From positions 1 through 56,169 of the forward strand of contig DUIB01000018.1 in assembly GCA_013330595.1 (NCBI GenBank): 56,169 bases of DNA. Direction: 5' to 3'. A model generated the notes under the pieces. That model saw only the letters and a list, made by a program, of their open reading frames with translations, was not told the origin of the DNA and ran no database searches. This stretch comes from Candidatus Woesearchaeota archaeon. GTDB lineage: Archaea > Nanobdellota > Nanobdellia > Woesearchaeales > UBA9642. Of this stretch, positions 28,079-38,252 are shown piece after piece. A program made the translations under genes and the position numbers. Position 1 is the stretch's first letter; each line of letters begins with the position of its first letter.

Positions 28079-28729
28079 TTATTTTCTATTAATTATTTCA
28101 AGAATTTGTTCTGTATTATCTGCAAACCTCATCAGTTTAAGTCCCTTTTTGGTTATTATGCCTTCTTTTAATAAAACACCTCTCATCCAAACATACAGTC
28201 CATTCCAGTATTCTTTATTGACTAATATTACAGGGATCCTATCATTCACGCCAGTCACTATTAGAGTAGCATATTCAAATAATTCATTTAAAGTCCCGAA
28301 TCCTCCTGGATAGAATATTATTGCATCACTTTTTATTTGTAAAATAAATCTTCTGACAAATAAAAATCTGAAGGCTATTTTATTAGTGTAAATATCTGAT
28401 TTTACTTTTTGTTCTCGTAAAAGTCTTTCTCTTATCCCAACAGATATTGTTTTTGCCCTGCTTGCTCCAGAATTAGCTGCCTGCATAATTCCCGGACCGC
28501 CACCTGTGACAATAGCAAAGCCTTTTTTTCCGAGTTCATAGGCGGTTTTTTCACAGTGCTTATGGTATTTATTGTTTTTAGTAAGAGTGTGTGAGCCGAA
28601 AATTGTAATAATCGGCCTATCAATTTTTTTCAATAATTCAAGACCATTCTCAATTTCTTTTTCAGCATGTGTGGCTGTCCATTTGACATGCTTTAGATAT
28701 TGACTGTTTTTCTTAAATCGATTTTTCAT
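28079..28729 (-). CDS. LOG-family / TIGR00730 Rossmann-fold nucleotide-binding protein
   Basis: Motifs GGGPGIMQAANSGA and PGGFGTLNELFE. Confidence 0.85.
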   Translation of the reverse strand: MKNRFKKNSQYLKHVKWTATHAEKEIENGLELLKKIDRPIITIFGSHTLTKNNKYHKHCEKTAYELGKKGFAIVTGGGPGIMQAANSGASRAKTISVGIRERLLREQKVKSDIYTNKIAFRFLFVRRFILQIKSDAIIFYPGGFGTLNELFEYATLIVTGVNDRIPVILVNKEYWNGLYVWMRGVLLKEGIITKKGLKLMRFADNTEQILEIINRK

Positions 28730-28758
28730 TTTGATATATTTTATGATTTTATGTGCAA

Positions 28759-30720
28759 TTAATCACTGGCTTTTTCTATTTTTCTTAATATGTCCTCTTT
28801 GCCTTTCCAGTCTAATACTTCTTTAAGGACTTCAACAATTGTAGTTACAGGAATTATATGAACTTTTGATAATCTATCTGGATCAACAATAATATCTTTC
28901 ATATTTGTTTTAGGAACTATGACATTCTTTATGCCGGCTGCAATAGCTGCCTCTATCTTTGCACTTACTCCGCCGATAGGAAGCACTTCTCCTCTTACTG
29001 ATAAAGATCCTGTCATTGCATAATCCTGCTTTATCGGGATTTTCTTTAATGCTGATATGATTGTTGTTGCAACTGCTATTGATGCAGAATCCCCTTCTAC
29101 GCCCTCATATGTTTGCAAGAACTGAACATAAACATCCTTTGTTTCCTTTATATCCTCGCCAAAATATTTTTTTATTATTGCAGACACGTTCTTTATTGCT
29201 TCTTTAGCAATCTCTCCAAGTTTTCCTGTTGCGATGATCTCTGATTCTTTTCCGCCAGGAGTGACTTCAGCTTCTATAGGCAATACGATTCCTGAATAAT
29301 TAATTCCAGAGCCTATGACAGCCAGCCCGTTTACTCTTCCGACTTTTTTGCCTGTTACAATGATTACTTCATATTCTTTTTTTCGTTCAATGAATTTATC
29401 AGAGATTTGTTGCTCTAGAGTTCTTGCAATCTTTTTTGCCTTGATTATATGCCCTTTATTGACAAATTCTGCACTCTCTTCCATAGCAACATCTCCTGCT
29501 GCTCTTATTAATCCACCTAATTCCCTGAACATAAGGCTTAAATGCCCTTTTCTATTAGCTCTTCTTCTTGCCTCTTCAATTATATAATCAACAGCATCTT
29601 TGGTGAAATGAGGAATCTTCTTGTCTTTAGTGACTTCTTGGGCAACAAAAATTGCTATCTTATTTCTATTTTCTTCTGTGTCGAGCATTGTTTCATTCAT
29701 ATACACTTCATACCCATAACCCCTGATTCTTGATCTTAATGCAGGATGCATATGCTGTACTGTTTCAATATTTCCTGCTGCCACCAGAATAAATGTGCAA
29801 GGTACTGGCTCTGTTCTGACCATTGCACCAGCACTTCTCTCTGATTGACCAGTTATAGCATATTTTCCTTCTTGTAATGCAGTCAATAAATCCTGTTGAG
29901 TTGCTGGTTCTAATGTTGATATCTCATCAATGAACAAAACACCCATATGTGCTTTATGTATCATTCCTGCTACAACTCTTTCATTTGCAGGAGTCCCTAA
30001 ACCTCCTGACTGGAATGGATCATGCAATACATCCCCAAGCAATGCACCGGCATGAGCGCCAGTTGCATCATAGAATGGAACCTGTTTTTTATCAAAATTA
30101 TCAACAATCAATTTTGGTATTCCCTGATTGCCTCCGGCAACCTTTTTACCTAGATTCAGGAACATCACAAATGCTGCAAGGAACATCATTCCTCCTAAGA
30201 AGAATGCTGCAAACATTATGTCTGATTTATAATAATTCCTCACCCACCATGGGGCAATCATTGCAATGACAGCTAAAACAAGTATTATGATATTCTGGCT
30301 TTTCAATGTTGAATTATTCTCAAGCTTTGCTTTTGTGATTATCTCCCTGCCTTTGCCAGCCTCAATAGTTCTTATTAATGGCTGATTCTCATCATTAGGA
30401 TTAGGCAATGCAAGTATATCCATTAATTTTTCTTTAGGCAAAAGCTCAGCTAATGCAATCCCAAGCATGCTTTTTCCTGTTCCAGGCTCTCCAATTAAAA
30501 GAACATGCCTTCTTTGCCTTGCTGCTTTTTTTATTACATTAACAGCATCCTCCTGGCCAATGACTTGATCAATTATCAATTTAGAAACAGGAATATCTTT
30601 TGTAGTGTTAAAAGCAAGATTCTTTATATCAATAGTTTTCTCAGTAGTTGGATTTACATCAACCTTTTTTATTGTTTCCTTTTTCTTGCTCTTATTGACT
30701 TTAGATTTCTTTTTAGCCAT
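28759..30720 (-). CDS. lonB: archaeal membrane-bound Lon protease (LonB)
   Basis: Walker A GEPGTGKS, two hydrophobic helices inserted in the AAA+ domain, and a protease domain with GDSASIA and [10 protein letters not shown]. Confidence 0.9.
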   Translation of the reverse strand: MAKKKSKVNKSKKKETIKKVDVNPTTEKTIDIKNLAFNTTKDIPVSKLIIDQVIGQEDAVNVIKKAARQRRHVLLIGEPGTGKSMLGIALAELLPKEKLMDILALPNPNDENQPLIRTIEAGKGREIITKAKLENNSTLKSQNIIILVLAVIAMIAPWWVRNYYKSDIMFAAFFLGGMMFLAAFVMFLNLGKKVAGGNQGIPKLIVDNFDKKQVPFYDATGAHAGALLGDVLHDPFQSGGLGTPANERVVAGMIHKAHMGVLFIDEISTLEPATQQDLLTALQEGKYAITGQSERSAGAMVRTEPVPCTFILVAAGNIETVQHMHPALRSRIRGYGYEVYMNETMLDTEENRNKIAIFVAQEVTKDKKIPHFTKDAVDYIIEEARRRANRKGHLSLMFRELGGLIRAAGDVAMEESAEFVNKGHIIKAKKIARTLEQQISDKFIERKKEYEVIIVTGKKVGRVNGLAVIGSGINYSGIVLPIEAEVTPGGKESEIIATGKLGEIAKEAIKNVSAIIKKYFGEDIKETKDVYVQFLQTYEGVEGDSASIAVATTIISALKKIPIKQDYAMTGSLSVRGEVLPIGGVSAKIEAAIAAGIKNVIVPKTNMKDIIVDPDRLSKVHIIPVTTIVEVLKEVLDWKGKEDILRKIEKASD

Positions 30721-30856
30721 ATCACACCCAGTTATAAATAGAAATTACCTCATATTATAAATTTTATGTTAGTATCCTCTAGTGTTGATATTTTACATTC
30801 AAAAGACTCAACCGACATCTTTATAAATACCTCAATTTTCCTTTTCATTGATTATT

Positions 30857-31150
30857 ATGACAACTAGGATGGATGGATTTAGGAAGAGAACTAGAAGAAA
30901 ATTCAAGAAGAATCAGTCAGATAAAGGAAAGCTAAGCATAAGAAGTTATCTGCAAAAATTAAATACAGGAGACAAGGTTGCATTGATAGTTGAGCCAGCA
31001 TATCAGAGGGGAATGTACAGGCCTAAATTTTTAGGTAAAGTCGGGATAATTACTGGTGTTAAAGGCCAATGCTATCAAGTTGAAATCAGTGATTTTTCCA
31101 AGAAAAAAACCTTAATAGTCCATCCAATACATTTAAAGAAATTAAGCTAA
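30857..31150 (+). CDS. rpl21e: 50S ribosomal protein L21e
   Basis: Basic N-terminus RMDGFRKRTRRKF and the SH3-like GDKVALIVEP...GKVGIITG. ATG at 30857; the track start is a TTG. Confidence 0.9.
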   Translation: MTTRMDGFRKRTRRKFKKNQSDKGKLSIRSYLQKLNTGDKVALIVEPAYQRGMYRPKFLGKVGIITGVKGQCYQVEISDFSKKKTLIVHPIHLKKLS

Positions 31151-31212
31151 TTATTGTATAAACTAATAGCTTATCAAAAATATAAAAAATATAATTACAT
31201 GGGTGCATCAAA

Positions 31213-31569
31213 ATGCCTGATCTAAAAATCGTCGAAGAAAAACCTATAAACCTTGCTCAATTGAAGGAAGAGCTAAAAGAGATCAAGAAGAGAGATGATG
31301 AACTTGGTTTTAGGACAGCAAAAGTATCTGAACAGTTAGAGGTATTGAAGGTTATAAAGGAAAAGGATGCTGAGGAGCTTTTTCAAAAAATCGAGAAACT
31401 AAGCATTCCAAGATTAAAAGATGTTCACATATGCAAAATCATTGATTTATTGCCGTCAAGCATGGTTGAATTGAAGAACATTACATCAGGATATTCATTA
31501 ACAATAAATAATGAAAATCTTGAGAAGATTCTGAAATTAGTTGAGGATTATCGGCCTAAAAAGAAATAA
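31213..31569 (+). CDS. rpoF: DNA-directed RNA polymerase subunit Rpo4/F
   Basis: 118 aa. Has the N-terminal EEKPINLAQLKEELKEIKKR pattern and the conserved archaeal position between rpl21e and the DUF655 gene. Confidence 0.8.
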   Translation: MPDLKIVEEKPINLAQLKEELKEIKKRDDELGFRTAKVSEQLEVLKVIKEKDAEELFQKIEKLSIPRLKDVHICKIIDLLPSSMVELKNITSGYSLTINNENLEKILKLVEDYRPKKK

Positions 31570-31621
31570 GGCCTTTCTGCACAAAATTTAAATACTATCA
31601 TAAATAATTAAATTATTGACT

Positions 31622-32188
31622 ATGGAGCAAAGACAAGAAAAAATGAAAGAAGAATATGCAGTTGTATTAGATTTCTTGCCTAATGGATACAGCAATGATG
31701 ATAGGCCTATGTTTAAAAAAACACCTATAGTCCAGGTCATTGGAAAGGAAAATTTTACATTGCTTGAGCTTGTCCCTAAGAAGGATGTTTTCTTGCAGCC
31801 ATCACAAGAGGTTTATATTGGAGAGAAAGAGAGAGATAAGATACATCATATCAATGGAAGGCTTCCTTTGATTAAACTTACACCAACTGCAAGATCAGAG
31901 ATTGAGCATATTGTCCAGAAGATAGTGCATGAAAATCCTGTAAGATTTGTTGAATTCTTTAATGCAGCACAGCCTTTAAGCACAAGAATGCATTCACTAG
32001 AATTATTGCCAGGACTGGGAAAAAAGCATATGTGGCAGATTCTTGAAGAGAGAAGAGGCGACCCATTCAAGGATTTTGAAGACTTAAAGAGGAGAGTAAA
32101 GTTGATTCCAGATCCTGAAAAGATTATTATTAAGCGAATCCTTAAAGAACTTGACAGGAATGAGAAGCATTACATATTTCTAGATTAA
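31622..32188 (+). CDS. DUF655-family putative nucleic-acid-binding protein
   Basis: EEYAVVLDFLPNGY N-terminus and a C-terminal helix-hairpin-helix-like LELLPGLGKK. Canonical neighbour of rpoF. Confidence 0.8.
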   Translation: MEQRQEKMKEEYAVVLDFLPNGYSNDDRPMFKKTPIVQVIGKENFTLLELVPKKDVFLQPSQEVYIGEKERDKIHHINGRLPLIKLTPTARSEIEHIVQKIVHENPVRFVEFFNAAQPLSTRMHSLELLPGLGKKHMWQILEERRGDPFKDFEDLKRRVKLIPDPEKIIIKRILKELDRNEKHYIFLD

Positions 32189-32231
32189 TATTAATCATAA
32201 ATTTTATAAACAAGTCATTCTAGAATGCATT

Positions 32232-32864
32232 ATGTTTAATGAAACTGTTAATGCTGCATCTACTGTTGTTAATCAGACCCTAAATTATTTAAGCACTGAT
32301 TTTTTTTCTAGGATTCTTGCCATCCTAGAAGCCCCAATTAAGAATCCTCAAATGTTATGGATGCTTCTTCCATTGCTTGCAACTGCAATACTAATTGAAT
32401 TCTATTTTGGCAGATACAAAGATGAAGAGCTTGGATGGAATACTGCCTATGGCAATGCATTAGTATTGGCGTTTATTTCAATAGATTTATTAAGGCATAC
32501 CTATGAGCCATTAGGATTGACAATAAGAGATGCAATATTTGTTGGAAACTCAAAGATTTTTGTTGCATTGATTATTTTCAGTTTTGCATTATTGCTATTA
32601 TTTATTGATTTTTTCCATTTCCTGCCAAAAAAGTTGGCATATGCTATATCAAGCCCTGCCTATATAAATTTTTTAGGATTAATAGGGATAATGCTTGTTT
32701 ATTCTTCAAAGATTCCTCTTGATTGGACAACATTCGGAGCATGCCTTGTGATATTAATATTGTTTATAATAATTGCAGAATTATTATATCTAATGGTTCC
32801 AACGCATCATAGCCCAATAAATAGAATTTTGACAGTTGATGATAAAGAAAAGAAAAAAAATTAG
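32232..32864 (+). CDS. multi-pass membrane protein, hypothetical
   Basis: Five to six hydrophobic segments. No motif recognised. Confidence 0.55.
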   Translation: MFNETVNAASTVVNQTLNYLSTDFFSRILAILEAPIKNPQMLWMLLPLLATAILIEFYFGRYKDEELGWNTAYGNALVLAFISIDLLRHTYEPLGLTIRDAIFVGNSKIFVALIIFSFALLLLFIDFFHFLPKKLAYAISSPAYINFLGLIGIMLVYSSKIPLDWTTFGACLVILILFIIIAELLYLMVPTHHSPINRILTVDDKEKKKN

Positions 32865-33367
32865 ACATCCCTAGATTTTCTTCCTGCACTTGTCAATCCA
32901 CGATTAGCTCTTCCTTTCATATTTGCAAGGCTCTTAAGCAATGGATCTGAAACAACAACAGGATGATCCCTGTCAATAAGAATCACTTCATACCATCTAT
33001 AGATTGCATCCTCTCCAACAAAATAGCTATTCAGCACTTCACAATTTTTGTATTTATCATTTGCTCTTTCTTCTGCAATCTGTTGATAGCTCTTGTCAAG
33101 TATCTTTCTCTGGAAATTATGAGAAGTTCTTCTTCCTGACCTTATTGTAGGCCTCTGTCTTCCTCCTCTATTGACTCTTTGCCTTACAACAATGATGCCT
33201 TGTTTAGCTCTATATCCGAGAGATCTTGCCCTGTCAATTCTTGTCGGTCTCTCTATCCTTACAGTGGTATTCTCTTTTCTCCACTCTGCTAACCTCTTTC
33301 TATGCATCTGTAAGAAATCATGATCCTGTTTTTTCCAGGTCTCTTTAACATGTTTATACAATCCCAT
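32861..33367 (-). CDS. rpl15e: 50S ribosomal protein L15e
   Basis: MGLYKHVKETWKK start and basic RGGRQRPT...GRR segments. ggagg lies 5 nt upstream of the ATG. Confidence 0.9.
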   Translation of the reverse strand: MGLYKHVKETWKKQDHDFLQMHRKRLAEWRKENTTVRIERPTRIDRARSLGYRAKQGIIVVRQRVNRGGRQRPTIRSGRRTSHNFQRKILDKSYQQIAEERANDKYKNCEVLNSYFVGEDAIYRWYEVILIDRDHPVVVSDPLLKSLANMKGRANRGLTSAGRKSRDV

Positions 33368-33615
33368 TTTGCCTCCAAATTTTTTTGCGAAAAAATTTAG
33401 TAAAAGCGAGCGACATTCACTTCGTTCAGTCCCTCAAACTTCTTTAATTCGCTTCTTAATAAATTTCTACGACAGCTTCAAGTAAGCAACTACTCACATC
33501 GCTGATATTGACTAGGAAAAAATTATTGTTTATAAATGTGATTGATTTCGAGTTTTTCATTTCCACAAATTATTTAAATTAACAATTATTCTTGTCTTTG
33601 TTCTGAGGTGATTAC

Positions 33616-33972
33616 ATGGCAGAAACAGACGAAAAGATTAGTGATAAAGTAAATGAACCATTGAATCTTGGTGGAAATATACAATTAGTAGGCTTTAAGC
33701 AAGTAAGCTTGTCTGAAGTGGTTGTTGTTAAGAAGATCGTAGGGAGTTATACTAGAAAGATTCAGGAGAATTGCAAGAATTTCCAGTCAATAACAGTGAT
33801 GCTCAAAGAGATTCATAAAATTGATAATAATGCAAAGCATGAAATTCATGTTAAGGTTATTGATGATAGTAAGCCTTTCAATTCAGAGATTGTTGATAAG
33901 AATATGTTTGTTGCCCTAGACTCTGCATTGAGAAAAGTCCAGGCAGAGATTACAAGTCATAATAGAAGATAA
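33616..33972 (+). CDS. HPF/RaiA (S30AE)-like ribosome-associated protein, tentative
   Basis: 118 aa whose pattern aligns by eye with the beta-alpha-beta-beta-beta-alpha RaiA layout (NIQLVGFK..., ...HEIHVKV..., ...DKNMFVALDSALRKVQAEI). SD gaggtgat precedes the ATG. Confidence 0.45.
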   Translation: MAETDEKISDKVNEPLNLGGNIQLVGFKQVSLSEVVVVKKIVGSYTRKIQENCKNFQSITVMLKEIHKIDNNAKHEIHVKVIDDSKPFNSEIVDKNMFVALDSALRKVQAEITSHNRR

Positions 33973-33980
33973 AAAATAAT

Positions 33981-34427
33981 TTATTTTTTAGGAACTTTTT
34001 TAGGTGTTGAAGACTTTTTTGTTTCCTGTTTTTTTGGAGTTTCTTCTTTAACGTCAGCAGTTTCTTCACTCTCCATTTTTTTTGTCTCTTTTTTCTTTTC
34101 TTCAACTTTCTTCTCTGCAGATTCTTTCTTATCTTTCTGCTTTTCCTTTTCTTCTTTCTTCATATGATCATACTTGAATCCGTGCAGTTCTGCCTTGACT
34201 GTTCCATCATCCTCTTTTATCACAGATACTTTTACGTGATGTGGAGGATTTTTTATTCCATGCTTCCATAAGTATTCATTAAGATTCTTTCCGATACGTA
34301 TCTTGTCAGATTTCATATGCTGCTTTAGAAATTCCTGTAGTGTTGAGACTGCCTTTTTTGCTTTTTTATATCGTGCTTTATTGATGAATCCTTTTCTTAA
34401 TGGAACAATATATGTTCTTTCAATCAT
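33981..34427 (-). CDS. rpl31e: 50S ribosomal protein L31e with long K/E-rich C-terminal tail
   Basis: ERTYIVPLRKGF...RYKKAKKAV core, followed by about 60 aa of KKEEKEKQKDKK-type tail. Confidence 0.85.
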   Translation of the reverse strand: MIERTYIVPLRKGFINKARYKKAKKAVSTLQEFLKQHMKSDKIRIGKNLNEYLWKHGIKNPPHHVKVSVIKEDDGTVKAELHGFKYDHMKKEEKEKQKDKKESAEKKVEEKKKETKKMESEETADVKEETPKKQETKKSSTPKKVPKK

Positions 34428-34434
34428 TTTATCC

Positions 34435-34617
34435 TCATGCTTTTAACTTTGTCCTACGCCAAGAACGTTTTTGTTTAGTGTGTCTTCCCGGATGCACTCT
34501 TCTTGTCTTTCCATATTTCTTTGGAACAGTCCAGAATGGCGCCCATCTAGTTCTTTTATTTGCCTTTGCTAATCGTGCTTTTTTGCTTGGATGTTTTACC
34601 TTTGCCATTTTAATCAT
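34435..34617 (-). CDS. rpl39e: 50S ribosomal protein L39e
   Basis: 60 aa, highly basic, with RLAKANKRTRWAPFW and RRSWRRTKLK patterns. Confidence 0.85.
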   Translation of the reverse strand: MIKMAKVKHPSKKARLAKANKRTRWAPFWTVPKKYGKTRRVHPGRHTKQKRSWRRTKLKA

Positions 34618-35012
34618 CTATTGCATTTTGATATTAATGATTGACCTTTTGGTGTTAATACCCTGCCTTTATGAACATTTTTTTCTGCTTGTATTGTTAA
34701 TCCTGCTTTGTCAAGTTCTTGCAAAGCTTTTCTTATAATATTTCCAGATCCTTTATAGAACTTTTCTTGTCCTACGCCCATGTTTTTTCTTCCACCATAT
34801 TTTACTCTTAATTTTGCTACGCCTATCGGACCTTTTTTTGATATCTGCAACAATACTGATGCAGCTCTCTTGAAGAACCATTCCTTGTCTGTTGGTGGTC
34901 TTTCTTTATGAGTACTGGTCTTAACATATGGTGTCCATTCAGGCTGCTTGATTGTTTTTTTCAATTGTACTGCTAAATTTTCGATTATTTTACTTGATTC
35001 TATTGTGTTCAT
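34614..35012 (-). CDS. rps19e: 30S ribosomal protein S19e
   Basis: PEWTPYVKTSTHKERPP and GGRKNMG patterns. Overlaps rpl39e by 4 nt. Confidence 0.85.
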   Translation of the reverse strand: MNTIESSKIIENLAVQLKKTIKQPEWTPYVKTSTHKERPPTDKEWFFKRAASVLLQISKKGPIGVAKLRVKYGGRKNMGVGQEKFYKGSGNIIRKALQELDKAGLTIQAEKNVHKGRVLTPKGQSLISKCNR

Positions 35013-35111
35013 TTCCTTACCTCAGACAGCATGTTTGCAACTCAATGCAGTCTGTACTCGAAACTCTAAGAGGAAAAATAAATGATTTATAAATATGACG
35101 TTTTTAAGAAG

Positions 35112-35121
35112 ATTTATAAAA
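35112..35121 (+). promoter_or_regulatory. TATA box candidate for the XPD-like helicase gene
   Basis: atttataaaa lies about 25 nt upstream of the ATG at 35142, which supports the internal start. Confidence 0.45.
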
Positions 35122-35141
35122 AAATCTTCTATTCTTCAATT

Positions 35142-37109
35142 ATGCCTGACATTGAGCTTGAGAAGATTGAAGAGATGCTTTTTCCTCATCCAGAAATTAG
35201 ATCGATTCAGGATGTTATGATCAGGAAGATTGATGAATGTATCAAGAATAGAAGAAGTCTTGTTGCTCACGCTCCTACTGGTTTAGGAAAGACTGCTGCA
35301 GCATTAAGCCCTGCATTGACTCATATCATTAAAAACAACAATAATCTGACTTTATTTTTCTTGACTTCAAGACACACACAGCATAAGATTGTTCTAGAAA
35401 CATTAAAAAAAATCAATGATAAATTCTCATTAAACATTATTGGCAGCTCTGTTATTGGGAAAAAGCATCTCTGTCTTCAGCCTTCTGTTGACAAGATGTA
35501 TAGCAAAGAGTTTAATGAATTCTGCAGGTTGCTTGTTGATAATCAAAAGTGTGATTACTTTAATGCTCTGAAGTCAGGCACAAAACTAAGTCCTGATGCT
35601 GAACATATCTTAAATGACCTTAAGAAGAAATCTGTTGTTTCAGCAGAGAATATTATTCAATCAAGCTCCTTAAGATCAATATGTCCTTATGAAATTGCGC
35701 TACAATTCGCAAAAAACGCTAAGGTAATAATTGCTGATTATCAGTATATGTTTAATCCTATGATAAGGGATAATTTCCTTAAGAAAATAAGCAAAAGTCT
35801 TGAGAATGCGATAATCATCATTGATGAAGCTCATAATCTTCCTTCAAGGATAAAGGATTTGAGTTCTGAATTCTTGTCTAATATCCAGATAAAGAGAGCT
35901 ATAACTGAAGCTAAAAAATATAATTATGAAGCTATTGGAGAACAGCTTGAGCAATTAAATGAGATTCTTGATGATTATAGTTCTGGATTAAGGTTTGATG
36001 AAAGTGCTAGATTCCAGAAAAATCCTAATGTTACATTAAGCAATTTCCAATCTGCAAAAGAAGTGAGGTTCTATGAGACTAATGAAAAATACCTCACAAA
36101 GCAAGAGTTTGTTGATCATATTAACAGAATTAAGGATTATGATGAATTAATCTCTGAACTAGTATTTGCAGGAAATGCTATTAGAGATATCCAGAACATG
36201 AGCTATGTTGGGAGTATTGCTGGATTTCTTGAAGCATGGATAGGCCAGGATGAAGGCTTTACAAGAATCTTAAGTTTAAAGAAGCTAAGAGACAAAACAG
36301 AAATGATAACTTTAGGCTATAGGTGCCTTGATCCTAGCATTATTGCTGAACAAGTATTCAAGAATGCTTATTCTTGTGTGTTGATGTCAGGAACTTTAAC
36401 TCCAACATCAATGTATAAGGAATTGCTTGGCATTGATGCAGAGGAATTGACTTTGAAAAGTCCTTTCCCTGTTGAGAATAGGCTAAATCTTATTGTTCCT
36501 AAGACAAGCACAAAATATGAGTTAAGAAGTCCTGAGCAATACAAAGAGATTGCAAAGACATTGGCTGATATTACTGAAGATGTTAAAGGATCAATTGCAA
36601 TATATTTTACAAGTTATTATCTAATGGATGAGATATCTAAATCATTTTCATTATTGACAAAAAAGACTGTATTTACAGAGCGACCTGAAATGTCAAAACA
36701 GGATAAGCAAGAGTTTTTGGATAATTTTGTCAAATACAAGGATACAGGAGCTGTATTATTGGCTGTTATTAGCGGAAGCTTTTCAGAAGGCATCGATCTT
36801 CCAAATGTGCTTAAAATGGTCATAATTGTTGGCTTGCCATTGCAAAAGCCTGATCTTGAGACAAAGGCATTGATTGATTATTTTGATAAAAAGTTCAGTA
36901 AGGGATGGGATTACGGATATCTGTTTCCTGCATTCACTAAAGCTATTCAGGCTGCTGGAAGATGCATTAGATCTGAGAAGGATAAAGGTATTATTGTTTT
37001 TCTTGATGAAAGATACTCCTGGAGCAATTACATGAGATGCTTTCCAAACAATTGGCCATTAAAAGTAAGTCTTCTGTATAAGGAGATGATAAGGAAATTC
37101 TATGAATAA
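35142..37109 (+). CDS. xpd: XPD/Rad3-family (DinG-like) Fe-S DNA helicase
   Basis: Walker A AHAPTGLGKT, DEAH box IIIDEAHNL, four Cys in the Fe-S insert (HLCLQ, FCRLL, KCDYF, ICPYE) and motif VI QAAGRCIR. Confidence 0.85.
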   Translation: MPDIELEKIEEMLFPHPEIRSIQDVMIRKIDECIKNRRSLVAHAPTGLGKTAAALSPALTHIIKNNNNLTLFFLTSRHTQHKIVLETLKKINDKFSLNIIGSSVIGKKHLCLQPSVDKMYSKEFNEFCRLLVDNQKCDYFNALKSGTKLSPDAEHILNDLKKKSVVSAENIIQSSSLRSICPYEIALQFAKNAKVIIADYQYMFNPMIRDNFLKKISKSLENAIIIIDEAHNLPSRIKDLSSEFLSNIQIKRAITEAKKYNYEAIGEQLEQLNEILDDYSSGLRFDESARFQKNPNVTLSNFQSAKEVRFYETNEKYLTKQEFVDHINRIKDYDELISELVFAGNAIRDIQNMSYVGSIAGFLEAWIGQDEGFTRILSLKKLRDKTEMITLGYRCLDPSIIAEQVFKNAYSCVLMSGTLTPTSMYKELLGIDAEELTLKSPFPVENRLNLIVPKTSTKYELRSPEQYKEIAKTLADITEDVKGSIAIYFTSYYLMDEISKSFSLLTKKTVFTERPEMSKQDKQEFLDNFVKYKDTGAVLLAVISGSFSEGIDLPNVLKMVIIVGLPLQKPDLETKALIDYFDKKFSKGWDYGYLFPAFTKAIQAAGRCIRSEKDKGIIVFLDERYSWSNYMRCFPNNWPLKVSLLYKEMIRKFYE

Positions 37110-37484
37110 TTAACTGTATATTATCTTTCCAATTTTGCTTATTCTCTTTTCTAGAGTTTCAAGTTCATCATATGATGCAAACCGGGGTATTCTGACTGCA
37201 AAAGCAGAATTCCTAATGGAAAAGCGTTTACCTTCTGTTTTTGAGGTATACTCATTAGTCAAATCATCTAGAGATTTCTGGCATATGAATTTAACTTGTT
37301 TAATCTTCTCTACATGCGGTGTACCTAAAGGAATGACTTTGTGTACTATTAATTCATATAATGGATTGGCAGATAATATTTTGATTTCATCACAGTTTTC
37401 GAATCCAATAACCGTCATTCTGTTATCAGAACCATTTCCTGAATTAATAGTCTGGTATGCTATTGCCCAATATTTTTGTTTCAT
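37110..37484 (-). CDS. hypothetical protein (124 aa), last gene of orphan operon
   Basis: Its ATG overlaps the stop of the upstream small ORF (ATGA at 37481-37484). No motif recognised. Confidence 0.5.
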   Translation of the reverse strand: MKQKYWAIAYQTINSGNGSDNRMTVIGFENCDEIKILSANPLYELIVHKVIPLGTPHVEKIKQVKFICQKSLDDLTNEYTSKTEGKRFSIRNSAFAVRIPRFASYDELETLEKRISKIGKIIYS

Positions 37485-37654
37485 TTATACACCTCCAATT
37501 TCTCGAGTATTTGCCCATATTTTTCTGCATGAAATCCGTTGAAATTCCATATTCCGATATTTTTTTTGATTGTTTTCCATGGGTTTCCTGCAATATGATT
37601 GAAACTTCCATCTTTCATACGGAAAAAACCATTAGATGCTAGAGAATACAGCAT
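37481..37654 (-). CDS. 57-aa ORF (MLYSLASNGFFRMKDG...) or the C-terminal part of a TAG-interrupted gene
   Basis: Not in the ORF track (<60 aa). The reading frame is continuous with ORF 37733-38218 across a single TAG at 37733-37735. Confidence 0.3.
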   Translation of the reverse strand: MLYSLASNGFFRMKDGSFNHIAGNPWKTIKKNIGIWNFNGFHAEKYGQILEKLEVYK

Positions 37655-37732
37655 TGCAATTCTTATCTCTCCATTCTTTTCGAACTTGTTCAGGTTGCTA
37701 TAATCTATCTCTTCGAGTGTAAGACTGTAATG

Positions 37733-38218
37733 CTATGCATATCTCTTGAAATTATCTATACAAGATTGTTTTTCTTTTTCAGATTTTGCATATTTTTCTG
37801 GTTCACAAAACGCCAGCACTCTATCAAAATCTCTTTTTTTAAAATTATCTTCGTAATAATGCTTATCGTATATGAACGGCTTAAAGTCAAAACCCCCGTA
37901 ATTAATGGCTTCAAGTCTTTCTTGGTCATCATACGACTGATATATGTATATTTTCTTGCCGAAATCATTCTCAGATTTGTTAAGAAATGTTGTTCTAAGA
38001 TTTTCAGCTTCTTGACTGTGATCACGATATGTATCTCTCCTTTCATATGCATCAACAGCACATTCAATTAGCTTTCTTGCATTAAAGAAGTGTCCTGATT
38101 CAAATTCATCCTTTGCAAGCAATTCAAGAACTAATCCTTTTGATAAGATTAGGTCTTCATGATTTCTCTTATTGCCAAGAACTATTCCTTTTTGTTTTGG
38201 TTTTAGTAAACAGTACAT
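37733..38218 (-). CDS. hypothetical protein (161 aa) with helical motif shared with the first operon gene
   Basis: ELLAKDEFESGHFFNARKLIECAVDAY parallels FLREAKKEFKAGNYIESRKSIEIAAKH in ORF 38890-39771. The pattern resembles PaREP1/HEPN-like helical hairpins, from memory. Confidence 0.5.
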   Translation of the reverse strand: MYCLLKPKQKGIVLGNKRNHEDLILSKGLVLELLAKDEFESGHFFNARKLIECAVDAYERRDTYRDHSQEAENLRTTFLNKSENDFGKKIYIYQSYDDQERLEAINYGGFDFKPFIYDKHYYEDNFKKRDFDRVLAFCEPEKYAKSEKEKQSCIDNFKRYA

Positions 38219-38252
38219 TTTTCATCACTTTGTATACTTTTCTACTTTTGAT

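Noticed and set aside
34400-34738. A 112-aa plus-strand ORF across the rpl31e/rpl39e/rps19e region
   Set aside because: It is antisense to three unmistakable ribosomal protein genes, and the hydrophobic translation is an artefact of reading K/R-rich codons in reverse.
37733-37735. TAG recoding (alternative genetic code or pyrrolysine) to explain the in-frame TAG
   Set aside because: TAG clearly terminates other well-supported genes in the window (20440-20442 and 24732-24734), and no pyl genes are seen. A nonsense mutation or two separate ORFs is more parsimonious.
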